Source: Nostoc sp. PCC 7120 = FACHB-418
GTDB lineage: Bacteria > Cyanobacteriota > Cyanobacteriia > Cyanobacteriales > Nostocaceae
DNA: 32,000 bases
NCBI RefSeq assembly: GCF_000009705.1
Contig: NC_003272.1
Span: forward strand, 4,470,001-4,502,000
Direction of reading: 5' to 3'
In this document: piece after piece, positions 18,053 through 28,246 of the stretch
Numbering within the stretch: position 1 is the stretch's first letter
Layout of the letters: every line of letters starts with the position of its first letter
The notes under the pieces: generated by a model
Databases searched by the model: none
What the model saw: the letters and a program-made list of their open reading frames with translations, nothing else
Told to the model about the DNA's origin: nothing
Translations under genes and position numbers: made by a program

Positions 18053-19819
18053 TTACATCCGTTCAAGCACCTGAATACCCAACAATGATAAGCCGAGTTT
18101 TAAAGTTCTAGCTGTCAAATCACACAGAACTAAACGGGATGTCCGCAATGGTTCCTCTGCACTTAAAACCTGCACCCCTTGATTGCGGTCATAAAACGCA
18201 TTAAAGCGTTTACTCAATTCATACAAATACTCACATAAACGGTTAGGTGATAAGTCTTCTTCTACAGTACTAATCACTTCACCTAGTTGCAGTAGGTATT
18301 TAGCTAGAGCAAATTCTGTTTCATGTTGCAGGATGACTTTGGCATTATCTCCCAAATCTGCAAAGTTAATCTCTCCCTTACGGCTAATCCCTTGAATCCG
18401 AGCATAAGCATACAACATATATGGTGCTGTATTGCCTTTCAAATCCAGCATTTTGTCGTAGCTGAAAATGTAGTTACTGGTGCGATTTTGACTTAAGTCA
18501 GCGTATTTTACTGCACTAATACCAACTACTTCCGCAACTTTATCGATAAATTCTGCGGTTTCTTCTCGTTCTTCTGCTTTTAATCTTACTTCTACATCTG
18601 CATGGGCGCGAGAAATTGCTTCATCTAATAAATCTCGTAGCCGCACAGTATCACCGGAACGAGTTTTAAATTTTTTCCCATCTTCACCCAACACCAAACC
18701 AAAGGGGACGTGAACCAATTCCACATCATCAGGAATCCATCCGGCTTTACGTGCTACTTGAAAGAATTGGGCAAAGTGGTTGGCTTGTCCCGCATCGGTG
18801 ATATAAATAATGCGTTTGGCTTCATCTTTTTGAATCCGGTAACGTAACGCAGCTAAATCTGTTGTAGCGTAGTTATAACCACCATCAGATTTCTGCACAA
18901 TCAAGGGTAGAGGTTCACCTTCTCTATTAGTAAAGCCATCTAAGAAAACGCATTTTGCACCTTGGTTTTCTACCAATAAACCAGATTTCTCTAAATTTTC
19001 TACAACAGTTGGTAGTAAGGGGTTATAAAAAGATTCGCCTCGTTCAGTTAATTTGACATCTAACAAATCATAAATTACCTGAAACTCTTGGCGTGATTGT
19101 TCACACAACAACTTCCAAGCATGGAGGGTATCTGCTGCGCCGGCTTGTAATCTAACAACTTCTTGGCGCGCTGTCTCTTGGAAGGCTTCATCAGCATCAA
19201 ACCGTTGCTTGGCTTGACGATAAAAACTCACCAAATCACCGATATCTAAAGCATTAGCAGTAGTTAAGGCTTCTGGGGAAACTTCCCGCAGGTAAGTAAT
19301 TAACATCCCAAATTGGGTACCCCAATCACCCACATGATTTAACCGCAATACATCATGTCCGCGAAATTCAAGAATCCGGGCGATGGAATCACCGATGATG
19401 GTAGAACGCAAGTGTCCAACGTGCATCTCTTTGGCGATATTCGGACTAGAAAAATCGACGATTTCCCGTTGTGGGTGTTTGGCGGTAGGAACGCCTAGTC
19501 TGGTATCTGCTTGAATAGTGTTTAGTTGCGCTTCTAGGTAGGCGGTTTTCAACTTCAGGTTAATAAAACCAGGCCCAGCAATTTCTGGTTTTTCGCAAAT
19601 TTCTGATACATCTAGTTTTTCTACAATAGCAGAGGCGATCGCTCGCGGTTGCTGTCCTAACTTTTTACTCAACGATAAAGCAACGTTGGCTTGATAATCA
19701 CCAAACTTAGGATTGCTAGCAGAAACCAAAATCGGGTCTACTCCGGCGTACTCATCGCCAAAAGCAGCAACCAAAGCCTGCTCAAGTTTTATCTTTAGTT
19801 GTTCTTGTGTAGCGTTCAT
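18053..19819 (-). CDS. argS: Arginine--tRNA ligase
   Basis: 588 aa. It has an Arg_tRNA_synt_N-type N-terminus, the class I HIGH-type motif MHVGHLRS, and a C-terminal DALR anticodon-binding end finishing in ...LGIQVLERM. Confidence 0.95.
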   Translation of the reverse strand: MNATQEQLKIKLEQALVAAFGDEYAGVDPILVSASNPKFGDYQANVALSLSKKLGQQPRAIASAIVEKLDVSEICEKPEIAGPGFINLKLKTAYLEAQLNTIQADTRLGVPTAKHPQREIVDFSSPNIAKEMHVGHLRSTIIGDSIARILEFRGHDVLRLNHVGDWGTQFGMLITYLREVSPEALTTANALDIGDLVSFYRQAKQRFDADEAFQETARQEVVRLQAGAADTLHAWKLLCEQSRQEFQVIYDLLDVKLTERGESFYNPLLPTVVENLEKSGLLVENQGAKCVFLDGFTNREGEPLPLIVQKSDGGYNYATTDLAALRYRIQKDEAKRIIYITDAGQANHFAQFFQVARKAGWIPDDVELVHVPFGLVLGEDGKKFKTRSGDTVRLRDLLDEAISRAHADVEVRLKAEEREETAEFIDKVAEVVGISAVKYADLSQNRTSNYIFSYDKMLDLKGNTAPYMLYAYARIQGISRKGEINFADLGDNAKVILQHETEFALAKYLLQLGEVISTVEEDLSPNRLCEYLYELSKRFNAFYDRNQGVQVLSAEEPLRTSRLVLCDLTARTLKLGLSLLGIQVLERM

Positions 19820-19931
19820 ATATAAATGTTATCTGTCACAGGCGGAATGCGGCTGTTGAGTGTTGGATATTCTCAAGGGCTTGATTATTTTAACCTTAAA
19901 ATATAGTCAGCTAATCTCACTGAGGACTGTC

Positions 19932-20618
19932 ATGGTACAGTACAACCCCTTAGACTGTCTTCCATCCTCGGCAGAACTTCCCGACTCCGACGATACGCCA
20001 GTAGATAACGAACTACAAAATCTGATTCCCAATTTACTAGATGCGATTTTGGCTTTAGCCTGGAGTCAACGCACCGATTGGTTTTTTGGTGTTGATATGG
20101 GCATTTATTATGCACCCAGCAACCCGCCATTAGTACCTGATGGGTTTCTTAGCTTGGGTGTAGAACGTTTTATAGGTGAAGAGGGACGCTTAAGTTATGT
20201 CTTGTGGGAAGAAGATGGTATTGTTCCCATTTTCGCCTTAGAAGTTGTTTCTAAAACTTACGGTGGCGAATACGAAAAGAAAAAAACCGATTACGCGAAA
20301 TTGGGTATTTTATATTATGCAATTTATGTATCCAGTCGTAGATATCGGCGTAAACGAGAACCATTAGAAGTTTATCGTTTAGAAAATGGTGAATATATTT
20401 TACAACCAGGTTCCCTGGTGTGGATGCCAGAAGTTGGTTTATCACTGGGACGAGAACGCGGTACTTACTTGGGAAGAACGCGGGAATGGTTGTATTGGTA
20501 TGACGAAGCAGGACGAAGATTAGCTACACCAGAGGAATTAGTAGCGCAAGAAAAACAACGCGCTGAACGGCTGGCGCAAAGATTGCGGGAGTTGGGTATT
20601 AATCCCGATGAAATTTAG
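19932..20618 (+). CDS. Uma2 (DUF820) family PD-(D/E)xK endonuclease
   Basis: The N-terminus MVQYNPL...ELPDSDDTPVDNELQN and the core PDGF...ALEVVS are typical of cyanobacterial Uma2 proteins. The track start (GTG 19860) adds 24 unlikely residues, so I prefer the ATG at 19932. Confidence 0.8.
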   Translation: MVQYNPLDCLPSSAELPDSDDTPVDNELQNLIPNLLDAILALAWSQRTDWFFGVDMGIYYAPSNPPLVPDGFLSLGVERFIGEEGRLSYVLWEEDGIVPIFALEVVSKTYGGEYEKKKTDYAKLGILYYAIYVSSRRYRRKREPLEVYRLENGEYILQPGSLVWMPEVGLSLGRERGTYLGRTREWLYWYDEAGRRLATPEELVAQEKQRAERLAQRLRELGINPDEI

Positions 20619-20658
20619 AAAATTGGATTGTGATTTTAACTATTTCGCTGTTGTTATT

Positions 20659-21321
20659 TTAATGATTTAATTTTCTCAATTCTGCGACAAGATTTTCATA
20701 AAATTGTTTATGTGAACCCTCATAGTTATCTGTACCCTTCCTTGTCAAATATCCTTTTTGACCAGTGTGAGGATTTGGCACATGACTAAAAATCCCAGAT
20801 TTTTTCCGCTCTGGGTTTTCAGACCAACTAATATTAAAAGCAGCATAATTATAAAAAAATTCCATACTTTTATAGTTATCAATATGGTCATGAATCCACC
20901 ACGCTAAAGCTGTCCAATCAGCAGTTTTCTCATAGTAATTAATAAAAGAGTTGACGATAATACAAGCTGTTGCACCCATATAGCCGTCACTATCTCGAAT
21001 GTCCCAGATATGTCCGGCGTAGTTAGATTCATTCTTGGCACAGTTATATTGATTTTTGTTCTCTGCGCCTTTAGCATTGACAGCAGATGAACGAAACGCC
21101 GAGCGAATGCTGATTCTGCCCAAAGCATCTTGAATTGGCTCTAGCACTTGTTCACAAAGGTTTTTACCGGCCGATATTGCCACATCAGGATGATCTGGTA
21201 TGTTGGGTATACCTTCCATTTGGGAAATTTCAGAATAAAGAAAATCCCTCATAAAAAAGTTTTTGGAGAGTCGCACTCTACCTAATTCTTCTAAGGCCTT
21301 AACAGTCTGTGGCTTTCTCAT
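20659..21321 (-). CDS. Peptidase M15A (LAS-type zinc D,D-peptidase)-like protein, divergent, with no signal peptide
   Basis: 220 aa. The N-terminal half fits the Peptidase_M15_3 pattern (LSKNFFMRDFLYSE...GIPNIP...LEPIQDALGRISIRSAFRSSAVN). Candidate metal ligands are GHIWDIRD (H-x-D) and HDH (H-x-H). The family call is from motifs only. Confidence 0.45.
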   Translation of the reverse strand: MRKPQTVKALEELGRVRLSKNFFMRDFLYSEISQMEGIPNIPDHPDVAISAGKNLCEQVLEPIQDALGRISIRSAFRSSAVNAKGAENKNQYNCAKNESNYAGHIWDIRDSDGYMGATACIIVNSFINYYEKTADWTALAWWIHDHIDNYKSMEFFYNYAAFNISWSENPERKKSGIFSHVPNPHTGQKGYLTRKGTDNYEGSHKQFYENLVAELRKLNH

Positions 21322-21605
21322 TTCGTTTTTCCAGTGTATAAACTATCAATATTGTTCCTCTCTGCAAGCGGGAGAAATATTCTCTGAATATCTACTTTGA
21401 TTTGAGTGCAATATCTCCAACATTTGCAACATTTTTATTCAGTTAACCGTCAGGGATATCTCTAGAGTGATTCCTGTGTAGTAAGTCAATTTAACCCTAG
21501 ATTTAGATTTTTCAGAACGAAATAGATTTCTTTCGCCAGAATTACTCAAGGTTATAACTCAGTTACAGTGAACTCAGCATTTTTTAGGTAGTGTAGGAGA
21601 AAAGC

Positions 21606-21995
21606 GTGAAGAAAGTAACTATAGTAAAAACACTCATTACATCATTAGGATTTTTAGCTTTATTAACCCCAACCCAAGCCTCTGCACAATTGATACCACA
21701 GCCTTGGATTTCTGTAGGTGGTAAAGATGGTGATGTAACTTATGCTGTAGGTGCTAGAGCCTTAAATTTGGGGGTGGAGTTAGGCGTGGGAACTGATGGC
21801 GCTACTGGCGTAGATGTGTTGAAGTTTATCAGCTTGCCAGTAATTTCTCCCTATGTGGGGTTGGGATATTATTCAGAGGATAAAGGTGTAGCTTTTTCTG
21901 GTGGTGTGCAGGTAGGTGCGACTGATAATGTTTTTGTGGGTGCTGGCTATAATTCTGTCCGTGGGATTAATGGGCAATTGGGTATTAGATTTTAA
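21606..21995 (+). CDS. Small glycine-rich secreted protein, beta-barrel OMP-like
   Basis: 129 aa. The start is GTG, preceded by taggag 6 nt upstream. It has a signal peptide ending TQASA-Q, alternating Gly/hydrophobic strands, and a C-terminal aromatic residue (GIRF). Confidence 0.6.
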   Translation: MKKVTIVKTLITSLGFLALLTPTQASAQLIPQPWISVGGKDGDVTYAVGARALNLGVELGVGTDGATGVDVLKFISLPVISPYVGLGYYSEDKGVAFSGGVQVGATDNVFVGAGYNSVRGINGQLGIRF

Positions 21996-22101
21996 GAGTA
22001 ATTCGTAATTAAGAATATCCGGTAGTGTAATGCTGTTGAGTTGAAAGAATACGGGATACCCGACTTTTCTATACATTCAGGTATCCCGTGCTTCCAGAAA
22101 T

Positions 22102-22296
22102 TTATGCAGCCGGATAGCCAGCAGCAGCTAAAGCATCTTTGATGGAAGTTTCTGAGGCTTGCGTTTCTACGTTCACCAGCTTAGTCTGTGGATCAGCCTG
22201 AACGATCGCATCAACATCAACTGTTTTTACTGCATTGGTAATGTTGTTTGCACAAGCAGAACAAGCCATGTTGGGAACTGTGAGTTGGATTGTCAT
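22102..22296 (-). CDS. Heavy-metal-associated (HMA) domain metallochaperone, CopZ/Atx1-like
   Basis: 64 aa with the metal-binding motif NMACSAC near the N-terminus and a ferredoxin-like length. Confidence 0.85.
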   Translation of the reverse strand: MTIQLTVPNMACSACANNITNAVKTVDVDAIVQADPQTKLVNVETQASETSIKDALAAAGYPAA

Positions 22297-22430
22297 AGAT
22301 TTACGGTGTGAATAAACGAAACTATCAGGACTCAGCTTGACAACTGAGGCAATTGCCTGGAACTATCCTAATCTCTCTAGTTAGGTGGAGAGTCTAGCGG
22401 AAGTTACAAGTTTTCTGCTAAATGACAATA

Positions 22431-22499
22431 GGGGTTTAGGGGTTCAGGGGAAAGAGTAAAACTAAATTCTTCCCTTACATCCTTACACCCCTAAACCCT
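22431..22499. terminator. Imperfect long hairpin made of GGGGTTTAGGGG-type repeats, just downstream of cobL
   Basis: ggggtttagggg (22431-22442) pairs 11/12 with cccctaaaccct (22488-22499). An inner gggaa/ttccc stem is also present. It lies 38 nt past the cobL stop on the minus strand. A related sequence, gggtgtagtggtgtaggggtta, occurs at about 7958-7980. Confidence 0.4.
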
Positions 22500-22536
22500 T
22501 ACACCCGGTCTAAAGTTGCCTTAGTCCTTGTCTTCT

Positions 22537-23748
22537 TCAATCTTTCACCGCTACCCATTGTGTGACAGTAGCCATTGCTCGCCAACCCAAAAATTTACCA
22601 ATTGGTTCGGCTCGTTGAATGGCAATACGGGTGAAACTGCCACCCACTTTTTCGTACCATTGAAATAAAGTCTGCTCACCTTCTATGGTGACTACATTAG
22701 CAATTAACCTACCGCCTGGGCGTAGTGCTTGCCAACAAATATCAAACAATCCTGTGGCTGTAACTCCACCACCGATAAAAATGGCATCGGGTGTGGGTAA
22801 GTCTTGGAGGATGTGAGGTGCTTTTCCTGCAACAATTTTCAGGTTGGGAGTACCTAAAGCAGCCGCATTATCTGCAATGTATTGTAGTCTAGATGAGTTT
22901 TGTTCAATGGCGATCGCCTGACATCTGGGATTAGTCCGCATCCATTCTATTGATATGGAACCACAACCCGCCCCCACATCCCAAAGTAACTGTCCTGGTG
23001 TGGGTGCTAAAGTTGATAGGGTAACTGCTCTAACTTCCCGTTTGGTAAGTTGTCCGTCGTGGTGATAAACGCTATCTGGTAATCCTGGTAATCTGGGTAA
23101 GGCGACAACACCAGTATCGACGATACAGTGTACAGCGATCGCATTTAAATCTGCCAGTTCTGTTTCCTGCCAAGTTGCAGCTATCCCTGTTAATATCCTT
23201 TCATGAATACCGCCCATCCGTTCCAAAACTGTGAGTTGGCTATTCCCAAAACCTCGCTGTGTGAGGGTTTCAGCAACAATACTCGGTGTATTTTTCCCCT
23301 CACTCAAAATTAATAACCGCGCACCAGGATATATGTAAGATTGCAGCAAAGCCGAGGGACGACCGCATAAACTCAAGGTTTCTACCTCCGTTAAAGACCA
23401 TCCTAATCGGGCGCAGGCCAGGCTAAAAGATGAAGGTGCGGGGATAATTGTCATTTCGGATATGGAAATTTGTCGCGCCAAGGTGACACCAATACCGTAA
23501 TACATGGGATCACCACTGGCTAACACACATACAGATTTACCCCGACGCTGGATAATTTCTGCCACTGCGGTAGTAATAGGAGAAGTCCAGAGGATTTTTT
23601 CCCGTGGGTCGTTTGGAGGTAACATTGCTAAATGGCGATCGCCTCCTACAACGATTTCCGCTTGATTGAGTAGAGAAATAGCGATCGCACTTAACCCCAA
23701 TAATCCATCTTCACCAATACCGATAATAGATAGCCATTTCTGCGTCAT
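22537..23748 (-). CDS. cobL: Precorrin-6Y C5,15-methyltransferase (decarboxylating), CbiE/CbiT fusion
   Basis: 403 aa. The N-terminal half is a tetrapyrrole methylase domain (LSIIGIGEDG...ASGDPMYYGIG). The C-terminal half is a SAM methyltransferase (LWDVGAGCGSISIE). Confidence 0.85.
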   Translation of the reverse strand: MTQKWLSIIGIGEDGLLGLSAIAISLLNQAEIVVGGDRHLAMLPPNDPREKILWTSPITTAVAEIIQRRGKSVCVLASGDPMYYGIGVTLARQISISEMTIIPAPSSFSLACARLGWSLTEVETLSLCGRPSALLQSYIYPGARLLILSEGKNTPSIVAETLTQRGFGNSQLTVLERMGGIHERILTGIAATWQETELADLNAIAVHCIVDTGVVALPRLPGLPDSVYHHDGQLTKREVRAVTLSTLAPTPGQLLWDVGAGCGSISIEWMRTNPRCQAIAIEQNSSRLQYIADNAAALGTPNLKIVAGKAPHILQDLPTPDAIFIGGGVTATGLFDICWQALRPGGRLIANVVTIEGEQTLFQWYEKVGGSFTRIAIQRAEPIGKFLGWRAMATVTQWVAVKD

Positions 23749-23939
23749 AAGCTACCCAAAATTGAATCTGTTAGCACTTGTCATAAAAAATTTTAATTTG
23801 AAAGCAAAACCCTTGACCCTTCTTAATTTACTATCACTTTTCCATCACATTTATTCTTTATAATTTTAAGAATTAGCTCAACACCAGACAGCTAATGCTC
23901 TACGTTTAGCCTGCCTATGGGAAATATTGAGGCAACAAA

Positions 23940-26675
23940 ATGACAGCAAAAGTTGAAGAAATTATCCAATCACATCAATGGCACAATTTATCTGCATCAA
24001 AAGTGGCTCAATATTTAGATGCAAATCTAGATACAGGTTTGACATCAAATCAGATAGCAAAACGGCAGGAAAGCTTTGGTGCGAATGAACTCAAGGGTAA
24101 AAAGGGAACTAGCCCGATAGTCAGATTTCTTCTACAATTCAATCAGCCGTTGCTGTACATTTTGCTGATTGCAGGTGCAATCAAAGCCTTAATTGGGCAG
24201 TGGGTAAATGCTTGGGTGATTTGGGGTGTCACCTTAATTAATGCCATTATTGGTTTTGTGCAAGAATCAAAAGCTGAAAGTGCGATCGCAGCTTTAGCTT
24301 CTTCAGTCCAAACTAATGCAACTATCCTACGCAACGGTCAAAAGGTACAAGTTCCTTCACAAGAATTAGTCCCTGGCGATTTAGTACTACTGACCTCTGG
24401 TGATAAAGTACCCGCCGATTTGCGTTTGATTCAGTCCCGCAATCTCCAAGTGAATGAATCTGCCCTCACTGGTGAGTCGGTTGCTATTGAGAAAAATACC
24501 GAACCTGTGGACGCGAATGCAGTTTTAGCAGAACGCAGCAACATGGCTTATGCTGGCAGTTTTGTGACCTTTGGCACTGGTAAGGGGATTGTTGTAGCCA
24601 TTGGGGAAGCTACGGAAACCGGGCGGATATCCCAACTGATGGAGCAGGGTACAAGCCTTAAGACTCCCCTAACACGGAAATTTGATAAATTTAGCCGCAC
24701 ATTACTATACATAATTTTGGGCATCGCTGCCCTGACGTTTGCCGTTGGACTGGGATACGGTAATTCCTGGGCAAGTATGTTTGAAGCGGCGGTGGCTTTT
24801 GCTGTCAGTGCCATTCCTGAAGGATTACCTGCCGTAGTGACGGTAACATTGGCAATAGGTGTTTCACGGATGGCGAAGCGACACGCGATTGTGAGGAAAT
24901 TACCAGCCGTGGAAACCCTCGGTGGCGCTACAGTCATCTGCTCGGATAAAACGGGTACACTCACAGAAAACCAGATGACTGTACAGGTGATTTATACTGA
25001 CGGTCAATACTATACAGTTACAGGGACAGGTTATATTCCCGAAGGTGAAATCTTACGCGATGAACAGCCAGTAGATTGGCGTAGTTCTCCCGTATTGGCA
25101 GAATGTCTGCAAGCCGGATTGTTATGTAATGATTCCCACTTAGAGCAGAAGGAAGGAGAATGGCAAGTTATCGGTGATCCTACTGAAGGAGCGTTGATAG
25201 TTGTGGCGAATAAAGTGGGGCTGACTAGCAATAACTTAGAATCAGAAATGCCCAGGCTAGATGTCATCCCCTTTGAGTCTGAGTTTCAATACATGGCAAC
25301 TTTGCATGAAGGGGGAAGTGGAGAAAATTCTGCAAGAGTCAGGACTATCTATGTAAAGGGTTCCGTTGAGGCTATTGTGCAACGTTGTCAGCAGATGTTA
25401 ACTGGAGGTAATCTTGTTTCTGTGGATGCCCAGACTTTACATCAAGAAGTTGAGACAATGGCTCATCAGGGTTTGCGGGTGTTGGCGTTTGCACGGAAAA
25501 CTGTATCGGTTAGTCAAGATTCCCTGGATCATGCAGATATCGACAATGATTTGGTTTTCTTGGGACTACAAGGAATGATCGATCCCCCACGAGCAGAAGC
25601 GATCGCCGCCGTAGCTGCTTGTCAAAATGCGGGGATTCAAGTCAAAATGATCACAGGCGACCACGCTGCCACAGCACAAGCGATCGCTCAAAGGATGGGC
25701 TTTAATCAAAATGGGGAAGTTCTCGCCTTTACTGGCGCGCAACTAGCCCAAATGTCACAAACACAACTGGCTACTGCCATAGAAGATGGGGCTGTATTTG
25801 CCCGTGTTGCCCCAGAACAGAAACTCCGCCTTGTAGAAGCCTTGCAATCAAAAGGCGAGGTTGTAGCGATGACGGGGGATGGTGTCAATGATGCACCAGC
25901 CTTGAGACAAGCAGATATTGGCATTGCAATGGGGGGTGCGGGTACAGAAGTAGCCAAAGAAGCCGCCGACATGATTTTGACTGATGATAACTTTGCTTCC
26001 ATAGAAGCGGCAGTGGAGGAAGGACGGACTGTTTACCGCAACTTATTAAAAGCGATCGCCTTCATTTTACCTGTGAATGGCGGCGAATCCATGACGATTT
26101 TAATTAGTGTTTTACTTGCCAGAGAATTACCAATTTTATCTTTACAAGTCCTCTGGTTAAATATGGTTAATTCCATTGCTATGACTGTACCCTTGGCTTT
26201 TGAACCAAGTTCTCAACGGGTTATGCAGTTACCACCCCGTAGCCCTCGTGAGCCATTACTCTCCAAAAGTTTAGTCAAGCGCATCTTCGCAATTTCTATC
26301 TTTAACTGGATATTAATATTTGGTGTATTTGAATGGATTAAACAATCTACAGGCAATATTGATTTAGCCAGAACAATGGCAATTCAGGCGTTAGTATCTG
26401 GAAGATTTTTTTATCTTTTAAGTATTAGTCAGTTAGGAATTGCTGCCATTAATTTCCTGCGAGGAGTTAGGCAGAAACTTAGCGATATATCAGCCATAGC
26501 TATCGGCATTGTAACTACAATCATTTTGCAGATAATTTTCAGTCAATGGAGCTTGATGAATCAGTTATTTGCTACTGCACCATTGAATTTAACTCAATGG
26601 TTAACTTGCCTACTTGTAGGTTTACCAATGATTCCCGTAGCACTTATAGTCAATAAGTTCGACCCCCTTGACTGA
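23940..26675 (+). CDS. Cation-transporting P-type ATPase, type II (PacL / Ca2+-ATPase-like)
   Basis: 911 aa. Motifs present are TGES, the PEGLP motif of TM4 (no CPC motif), the phosphorylation site CSDKTGTLT, and TGDGVNDAPAL. It also has an N-terminal Cation_ATPase_N segment. Confidence 0.9.
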   Translation: MTAKVEEIIQSHQWHNLSASKVAQYLDANLDTGLTSNQIAKRQESFGANELKGKKGTSPIVRFLLQFNQPLLYILLIAGAIKALIGQWVNAWVIWGVTLINAIIGFVQESKAESAIAALASSVQTNATILRNGQKVQVPSQELVPGDLVLLTSGDKVPADLRLIQSRNLQVNESALTGESVAIEKNTEPVDANAVLAERSNMAYAGSFVTFGTGKGIVVAIGEATETGRISQLMEQGTSLKTPLTRKFDKFSRTLLYIILGIAALTFAVGLGYGNSWASMFEAAVAFAVSAIPEGLPAVVTVTLAIGVSRMAKRHAIVRKLPAVETLGGATVICSDKTGTLTENQMTVQVIYTDGQYYTVTGTGYIPEGEILRDEQPVDWRSSPVLAECLQAGLLCNDSHLEQKEGEWQVIGDPTEGALIVVANKVGLTSNNLESEMPRLDVIPFESEFQYMATLHEGGSGENSARVRTIYVKGSVEAIVQRCQQMLTGGNLVSVDAQTLHQEVETMAHQGLRVLAFARKTVSVSQDSLDHADIDNDLVFLGLQGMIDPPRAEAIAAVAACQNAGIQVKMITGDHAATAQAIAQRMGFNQNGEVLAFTGAQLAQMSQTQLATAIEDGAVFARVAPEQKLRLVEALQSKGEVVAMTGDGVNDAPALRQADIGIAMGGAGTEVAKEAADMILTDDNFASIEAAVEEGRTVYRNLLKAIAFILPVNGGESMTILISVLLARELPILSLQVLWLNMVNSIAMTVPLAFEPSSQRVMQLPPRSPREPLLSKSLVKRIFAISIFNWILIFGVFEWIKQSTGNIDLARTMAIQALVSGRFFYLLSISQLGIAAINFLRGVRQKLSDISAIAIGIVTTIILQIIFSQWSLMNQLFATAPLNLTQWLTCLLVGLPMIPVALIVNKFDPLD

Positions 26676-26746
26676 ATTGTTTCCCAATAGCTTTTTAGTC
26701 TACTTGCATGGCATGATCTGTATTTTGAGATTATCCCCACAATAAG

Positions 26747-28162
26747 ATGACTACAAATACAGATTTTCGTATTGAACGCGATTCGATGGGCGATCGCCAA
26801 ATTGCTAGTGATGTTTATTACGGTATTCAAACTCTCCGAGCCGTTGAAAATTTCCCCATTAGTGGTCTTAAGCCCTTACCTACTTACGTAGATGCTGGTC
26901 TTTTAATTAAAAAAGCTACAGCAATTGTCAATGGAGAACTAGGTTGTATTCCCCAAGATATTAGCCAAGCGATTGTGCAAGCAACCGATGAAATTCTGGC
27001 AGGGAAGTTAAGAGATCAGTTCGTCGTTGATGTCTATCAAGCTGGTGCAGGCACATCCCACCACATGAACATTAACGAAGTCCTAGCAAATCGGGCTTTG
27101 GAAATTTTGGGTGCAGAAAAGGGCAATTACCAACGAGTTAGCCCTAATGATCATGTGAACTACGGGCAGTCTACCAACGATGTTATTCCCACAGCAATTC
27201 GCATCGGTGGCTTATTGGCACTGACCAAAACATTACAGCCAGCATTAGAAAAAGCGATCGCCGCCTTAGAACACAAAGCTGTAGAATTTCAAGATATTGT
27301 CAAATCTGGCAGAACCCATTTACAGGATGCCGTTCCCGTCCGCTTGGGTGATAATTTCGCCGCTTGGGCGCATATCCTCTCAGAACATCAAAACCGCATT
27401 TACACTGCCTCTGGAGACTTGATGGTACTCGGTTTAGGTGGTAGTGCGGCGGGAACAGGCTTAAACACCCATCCTCAATACCGCGCCCGTGTGGTGGAAG
27501 TACTGGCAGAATTACTAAACTTACCACTCCAACCCGCCCCCCATCTCATGGCTGCCATGCAGAGTATGTCCCCATTTGTGAACGTTTCCGGGGCGATACG
27601 CAACCTAGCCCAAGACTTAGCGAAAATTTCCCACGACTTGAGGCTGATGGACTCCGGGCCAAAAACTGGTTTAAAAGAAATTCAACTACCCCCAGTCCAA
27701 CCCGGTTCCTCAATCATGCCAGGCAAATATAACCCCGTTATGGCAGAGATGACATCGATGGTGTGTTTCCAGGTGATGGGTTACGATCAGGCGATCGCTC
27801 TTGCAGCCCAAGCCGGACAATTAGAATTAAACGTGATGATGCCGTTGATTGCCTATGATTTGATCCACAGCATCGAAATTCTGGGGTCAACCATCGCCGC
27901 CCTTACAGAACGCTGCATTCAAGGAATTACCGCCAACAAAGAACGCTGTTTAGCCTACGCCGAAGGCAGTTTAGCTTTAGTTACCGCCCTCAACACTCAC
28001 ATTGGTTATTTAAATGCCGCAGATGTCGCCAAAGAATCCTTAAACACAGGAAAATCTCTAAGGCAGATTGTGTTAGAAAAAGGACTGATGAGCGAAGCAG
28101 AGTTAGCCACCGTGTTAAATCTAGAAGAAATGAGTAGTATATTGCCACTCCAAACAGAGTAA
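26747..28162 (+). CDS. aspA: Aspartate ammonia-lyase (class II fumarase/aspartase family)
   Basis: 471 aa. The N-terminus is FRIERDSMG...YYGIQTLRAVENFPISG. The signature GSSIMPGKYNPV has the NPV typical of aspartases rather than the NPTQ of FumC. Family membership is certain; the substrate call is less so. Confidence 0.7.
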   Translation: MTTNTDFRIERDSMGDRQIASDVYYGIQTLRAVENFPISGLKPLPTYVDAGLLIKKATAIVNGELGCIPQDISQAIVQATDEILAGKLRDQFVVDVYQAGAGTSHHMNINEVLANRALEILGAEKGNYQRVSPNDHVNYGQSTNDVIPTAIRIGGLLALTKTLQPALEKAIAALEHKAVEFQDIVKSGRTHLQDAVPVRLGDNFAAWAHILSEHQNRIYTASGDLMVLGLGGSAAGTGLNTHPQYRARVVEVLAELLNLPLQPAPHLMAAMQSMSPFVNVSGAIRNLAQDLAKISHDLRLMDSGPKTGLKEIQLPPVQPGSSIMPGKYNPVMAEMTSMVCFQVMGYDQAIALAAQAGQLELNVMMPLIAYDLIHSIEILGSTIAALTERCIQGITANKERCLAYAEGSLALVTALNTHIGYLNAADVAKESLNTGKSLRQIVLEKGLMSEAELATVLNLEEMSSILPLQTE

Positions 28163-28166
28163 TTAA

Positions 28167-28194
28167 GGGACTGGGGACTGGGGACTGGGGATTG
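28167..28194. repeat. STRR1-type heptamer array (GGGACTG x3 plus GGGATTG; reverse complement of a CCCCAGT permutation)
   Basis: Perfect 7-nt tandem units read directly, starting 5 nt after the aspA stop. Confidence 0.85.
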
Positions 28195-28246
28195 ATTTGT
28201 CTTTAAGCTAATACGTGTATAAATTACATAACTACTAAAAAGGACT

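Noticed and set aside
19860-21995. Uma2 nuclease, M15-like peptidase and small OMP as a defence or mobile island
   Set aside because: There is no integrase, transposase or flanking direct repeats, no tRNA target, and no toxin-antitoxin-like or ATPase/nuclease partner genes. Uma2 genes are massively expanded in cyanobacteria, so adjacency alone is weak evidence.
23749-23939. Possible cobalamin riboswitch upstream of cobL (minus strand)
   Set aside because: The region is AT-rich, has no B12-box-like GCCACTG element and does not show the required ~200-nt structured core. It is also shared with the divergent ATPase promoter.
24548-26002. Minus-strand ORFs inside the ATPase gene (138, 78 and 98 aa), and similar antisense ORFs in devB, devA, uvrA, aspA and the DUF362 gene
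   Set aside because: All are embedded antisense in long, motif-rich genes and have Ala/Ser/Pro/Arg-rich mirror compositions with no motifs.
23940-26675. P-type ATPase as the heavy-metal pump partner of the nearby HMA chaperone
   Set aside because: TM4 carries PEGLP rather than CPC/CPH, there is no N-terminal HMA domain, and a Cation_ATPase_N segment is present. It is a type II pump.
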